Shown in pieces: positions 35,006-38,868 of a DNA stretch of 38,868 bases. The first letter of the stretch is position 1. Each line of letters starts with the position of its first letter. Below the pieces are notes generated by a model, which saw nothing but the letters and a program-made list of their open reading frames with translations, was not told the DNA's origin and did not search any database. The translations under genes and the position numbers were made by a program. Origin of the DNA: Candidatus Firestoneibacteriota bacterium (GTDB lineage Bacteria > Oederibacteriota > D2-FULL-39-29 > JBDRBU01); the NCBI GenBank assembly GCA_043822305.1, contig JBDRBU010000117.1, forward strand, positions 1 through 38,868, given 5' to 3'.

Positions 35006-38000
35006 TTATTTATTATTTATTCTATATACAGTTAATAGATACCCATCTTCTATTGACGTATATTTATTTAATATAATTCTTGCACACTTTTTAAATTCAT
35101 CTATTACAGCAGATCTAATTTGTGATGGTTGTGAAAGTGGTATATTTTTATCTTCAGGATCCACAATCTGGAATAACGAAGGTAAATATATATCTTTATC
35201 TGCAACAATATATTCCGGTTGTTTTTCTTTAAAATAATTTATTATTTTTTCACTGTCATTTTTAGCAACAAGATTTGTCATTAACGACATAACAGGTAAT
35301 TTATTGTGTTTATTTAATATTACCGGTAAAAAATCATCCATCTTTGATAATAAATATATTCCATTACTTCCATCATTTATTTTATTTATTAACTGGATAT
35401 CTTTATCAATCATCTCTATTTGCATTGTTGTAATAAATCTAATCCCTTCATAATTCCACAATACTTTCTCGTGTTCTTTAAATATATTATTGAATTTTGT
35501 CAATTGTTTATTATATTCATTTATAGCAGGAAAATAAAACTGGTCTGCAAAATATATCATCAATAATATTAATATACACTTATTTGGAAATGTCCTTTTT
35601 ATCGTAGTATCTAATATTAATTTTATAAATAAAGTTATTGTTAAAAAATTGCACATTATCACATTCCATAAATGATTTGGTGCTGGATTCCATATATAAT
35701 ACAACATATTCATCACTCCGTATAACCACAAAAACATATAGAAATACGAATATCTTTCCTTTTTAATTAAATTATATAAAATGATAATACCAAGTATCGC
35801 AAAAACTAACAATATATTTTCTGTAGTAGGAAATACTATTTTCGGACACCCAACACCTAAAAACATGTAAATACCAGTATCAATAATATTACTCTTATTA
35901 TTTAAAAATATTATTACCGAAGGAATTAGAGTAATAATAGTTAATAATATTTTCATTTTTTTATTATATTTATCTGAAAATAATACCATGAATATTATAC
36001 TTATTAAGAAGGAAACATATAACATTATACCTGATTCTTTACTCCATAAAATTGATATTACAGCAATAAATAATGATAAAACATAATATTTTATATTGTA
36101 TTTTTTTTCGTAAAATAAATATAATGATGCAATCATAAACATATCAAAGAGATGTCTTGCCGGGTTAAACCCCGGTGAAAGATTTAATGATTCAAAACCT
36201 ATCATATAGATACTGGTAATAAGAATAAATAAAGACATAAATATGTAAATTACATTTTTTAATTTAAAAATAACGCTCGTAATTAATATTCCCAATATTG
36301 GATATATCAAATAAAACATATTTAATACATGAAAATAATCATTAAACATAGTCTTACTTGAATTTATTATCTTCATAATACTCATTATAAATACAACTAA
36401 AAGAAATCCGTATTGTGAATCAATGTCTCTTATTTTTTTTGTATGTGAATATTTCAATATGGGCAAATATATCTGTGAATGATGGTGAAAAAAATAACCC
36501 ACCATTGATTGCGTATTTAGTTCGTATATATTTTTACTGACAAACTCCTGTTTGATTTTCAAATACGGGCTTTTTTCATAATATTTTTGTGATAATTCAT
36601 AAAACTCACTTATCTTGTGTTTTGTATTCTCATTGTTAAAATAAACATTTTCTAAATCATTTTTTTCGTTTTCGTTCATTCTTTTATTGATATACAATGA
36701 TTTATTATTGTTGTTGTAATAAAACACACTTGAATTTTTATTAATAAATTCTTTTAGAAGATCATTTACCGGTATCTTCATACTAATTGAATCAGGAATT
36801 ATTGAATGATGTAAAAATAATGAACCGATTTTATTTTTATTTATAAACTCATGATTATCAACAACGCCTGATTTCAACTTTGTTTTCTCTGAAAAACTAA
36901 AATACTCATTTCCTATATACAAATCCCCAGTATATAAAGGTGATAAATCAATTGCCAATTTTATAAAAATTACACTTAAAACCACTGTTATCACAATTAT
37001 AATGACTTTTTTTTGAATATTATCATATATTTTAGAAATAAATATGAAAATATAATTTATCCTTGATGTAATCAAATAGAATATATTTATAATAATATTA
37101 ATTACTATAACTATTCTATTATTTAACTTGTTTTTCGATACATTACTCTTTAAGTTTATCCTCCATAACAAATAGAACACTGGAAATAATAGCAGCAATA
37201 ACCAAACAACCATAAATGCAATTTTAACTATTAATACTTGATTCATCAAAATATTGTTTTTTAAAATATAATACAATATCATATTATAAATCAAAGATGT
37301 TGAAACAATTAAATAAAAATATACGATATTTTTTACATCATTTTTAATACGTTCTGTCAGAACTTTTAATAAATAATATTTTAAAAATATAAAAACCAGG
37401 ATAAATGATATCACTATAATAAAAACAGAAATAATGTACAGAGCCAATTCGCAAGGTTTTAATCCATTAGTTACTTTAATTGCCCATTCATTTAAATTAT
37501 ACTTTAATAAAATGGTTTTACTATTAAACAATCCAACTTTAATAATTATTTTTTTTATAATTAAGAATACGACAGCATAGTTAATAATCGTATGAAGAAT
37601 AATCCCGTTCTGAAAGTTTAGATATTTTAATATATTATATTTAAATACAACATTTTTTTGCTTTAATGTATCCGTAAAATATAATTTATCCCCAGGTAAA
37701 TACTTATAAAACAAAAGTAAACAAACACTAGTCATAACAATTTTCATAAACAAAATAACAATCGAAATAACTTTACTTTTATTTATAAGTTTATAGTTTA
37801 TAATAAAATTGTTTACCTCTCCATTAAAAGCCCTTGTCTTGCTAAATCCAGTTCCAATTACAATATCTGAAATTCTATAATCTACATCCTCCACTTTTTC
37901 AATAACAGTTTTGTTATTTAATTTTACTGTAAGTTTTTTATTGCGATCAATTTTAATATAAACTGAATACCATTCATCATAATTTATATCATCTTCAATT

Positions 38001-38362
38001 ATTTTGAAAACCGTTTTATTCTTTTTTACATTACCAATTCCTATCGCTAAAGTCGATGGGAGAGATAATTCCAATCTTACTCCATCATTTTCTATAGCGG
38101 TTTGAAAGATATTATCCCACTGAAAAATATAATATATTTTCATATTAAAACTTATTTCAATTTCTTTAACATCACTAGATAAATTTTCAACATATTGCTT
38201 TATGGAAGATTGTTCTTTATTCTTCGATTGGCTATTAAAACTTATATTAGAATACTTAACTTCTTTAATGAGTTTATAATTTAAATTATCTCCAAAAAAG
38301 GAAAACAACATTGTTGATAATATAATGGATACCAATATTATTACTTTTCTTTTCAATATCAT
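35006..38362 (-). CDS. Large polytopic membrane protein with an N-terminal LamG/ConA-like domain; paralog of the 835-aa protein
   Basis: 1118 aa; N-terminal beta-rich domain (WYSVYIKI..IVIGTG..FNGEVNNFII) followed by many TM segments and the shared motifs. Confidence 0.75.
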   Translation of the reverse strand: MILKRKVIILVSIILSTMLFSFFGDNLNYKLIKEVKYSNISFNSQSKNKEQSSIKQYVENLSSDVKEIEISFNMKIYYIFQWDNIFQTAIENDGVRLELSLPSTLAIGIGNVKKNKTVFKIIEDDINYDEWYSVYIKIDRNKKLTVKLNNKTVIEKVEDVDYRISDIVIGTGFSKTRAFNGEVNNFIINYKLINKSKVISIVILFMKIVMTSVCLLLFYKYLPGDKLYFTDTLKQKNVVFKYNILKYLNFQNGIILHTIINYAVVFLIIKKIIIKVGLFNSKTILLKYNLNEWAIKVTNGLKPCELALYIISVFIIVISFILVFIFLKYYLLKVLTERIKNDVKNIVYFYLIVSTSLIYNMILYYILKNNILMNQVLIVKIAFMVVWLLLLLFPVFYLLWRINLKSNVSKNKLNNRIVIVINIIINIFYLITSRINYIFIFISKIYDNIQKKVIIIVITVVLSVIFIKLAIDLSPLYTGDLYIGNEYFSFSEKTKLKSGVVDNHEFINKNKIGSLFLHHSIIPDSISMKIPVNDLLKEFINKNSSVFYYNNNNKSLYINKRMNENEKNDLENVYFNNENTKHKISEFYELSQKYYEKSPYLKIKQEFVSKNIYELNTQSMVGYFFHHHSQIYLPILKYSHTKKIRDIDSQYGFLLVVFIMSIMKIINSSKTMFNDYFHVLNMFYLIYPILGILITSVIFKLKNVIYIFMSLFILITSIYMIGFESLNLSPGFNPARHLFDMFMIASLYLFYEKKYNIKYYVLSLFIAVISILWSKESGIMLYVSFLISIIFMVLFSDKYNKKMKILLTIITLIPSVIIFLNNKSNIIDTGIYMFLGVGCPKIVFPTTENILLVFAILGIIILYNLIKKERYSYFYMFLWLYGVMNMLYYIWNPAPNHLWNVIMCNFLTITLFIKLILDTTIKRTFPNKCILILLMIYFADQFYFPAINEYNKQLTKFNNIFKEHEKVLWNYEGIRFITTMQIEMIDKDIQLINKINDGSNGIYLLSKMDDFLPVILNKHNKLPVMSLMTNLVAKNDSEKIINYFKEKQPEYIVADKDIYLPSLFQIVDPEDKNIPLSQPSQIRSAVIDEFKKCARIILNKYTSIEDGYLLTVYRINNK

Positions 38363-38847
38363 GATGTTTTTTAGTCTCCGTTTATATTCTATATATTTTC
38401 TATGGTATAGGAATGTATAAAACTTTCATAACCACTGAAAATCGCATTGAAGTTATATCAAAACGATTTTTTGAAATTATTTAATATTGTCATTTAGATT
38501 GAATAATATTTATCGTGTTTAAATGTATTATAACATTTTTACAGTATAAAAGAAAGTCTAAACAAAAAATTCCCCAAATTTGCTTGATTATGAAATATTA
38601 AACATATATAATAAGTAAAGAGTTTATCAATATATTATGTTATTCAAACTTTAGATATATTGAATGATTCGATAAAACTATTTTCTTTTGAGAAACTTCC
38701 TCAAGTTTAATGCAGAGAAATGATGTAAGGGTTCTTCAGGTTCTATTGTAGAGATGTAATAGGATAGGATGGATCTTTGAAATAGAAAGTATCTGTTAAA
38801 TCCTGTATAATATAAATAAAAACATATTATACGGAGGAAAATGACAG

Positions 38848-38868
38848 ATGCTTAACAAGGATTATGTA
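38848..38868 (+). CDS. Start of a divergent gene running off the window
   Basis: SD GGAGGA at 38833-38838, ATG at 38848 (MLNKDYV...), TATAAT at 38806-38811. Confidence 0.45.

Noticed and set aside
38363..38847. Long AT-rich intergenic region as an ncRNA, and the mini-ORF MTDA at 38841
   Set aside because: No convincing structure or repeat; consistent with a divergent promoter region. SD spacing favours ATG 38848.

Overview
AT-rich window from a diderm bacterium; every complete gene is on the minus strand. In window order: an AmmeMemoRadiSam pair (amrB apparently cut short just after the start of a fused AmrA domain, plus amrS), a TPR protein, a PilT-family ATPase and tadC/tadB. Next is a large LPS/surface-glycan locus (five GT9 genes, an O-antigen ligase-GmhB fusion, GT2s, a polysaccharide deacetylase, a shrunken GT87-like gene) interrupted by a MacAB-TolC-type exporter. 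Then come a PorV/PorP-like barrel with a CTD-bearing cargo protein, an unusual sugar pathway (epimerase, ThDP enzyme, SDR, DHQ-synthase-like cyclase, HpcH-like aldolase, GtrB-like GT2) and two paralogous large polytopic membrane proteins. The most striking non-coding signal is a DUF559 endonuclease gene flanked by ~46-bp hairpin inverted repeats. The window also holds an internally deleted ~120-bp copy of that element that still carries fragments of the nuclease gene, and two solo repeats. Several other families of tiny palindromes and tandem repeats are present, some translated in frame inside genes. No rRNA, tRNA or CRISPR array was seen. All protein assignments rest on motif recognition by eye, not on database searches.
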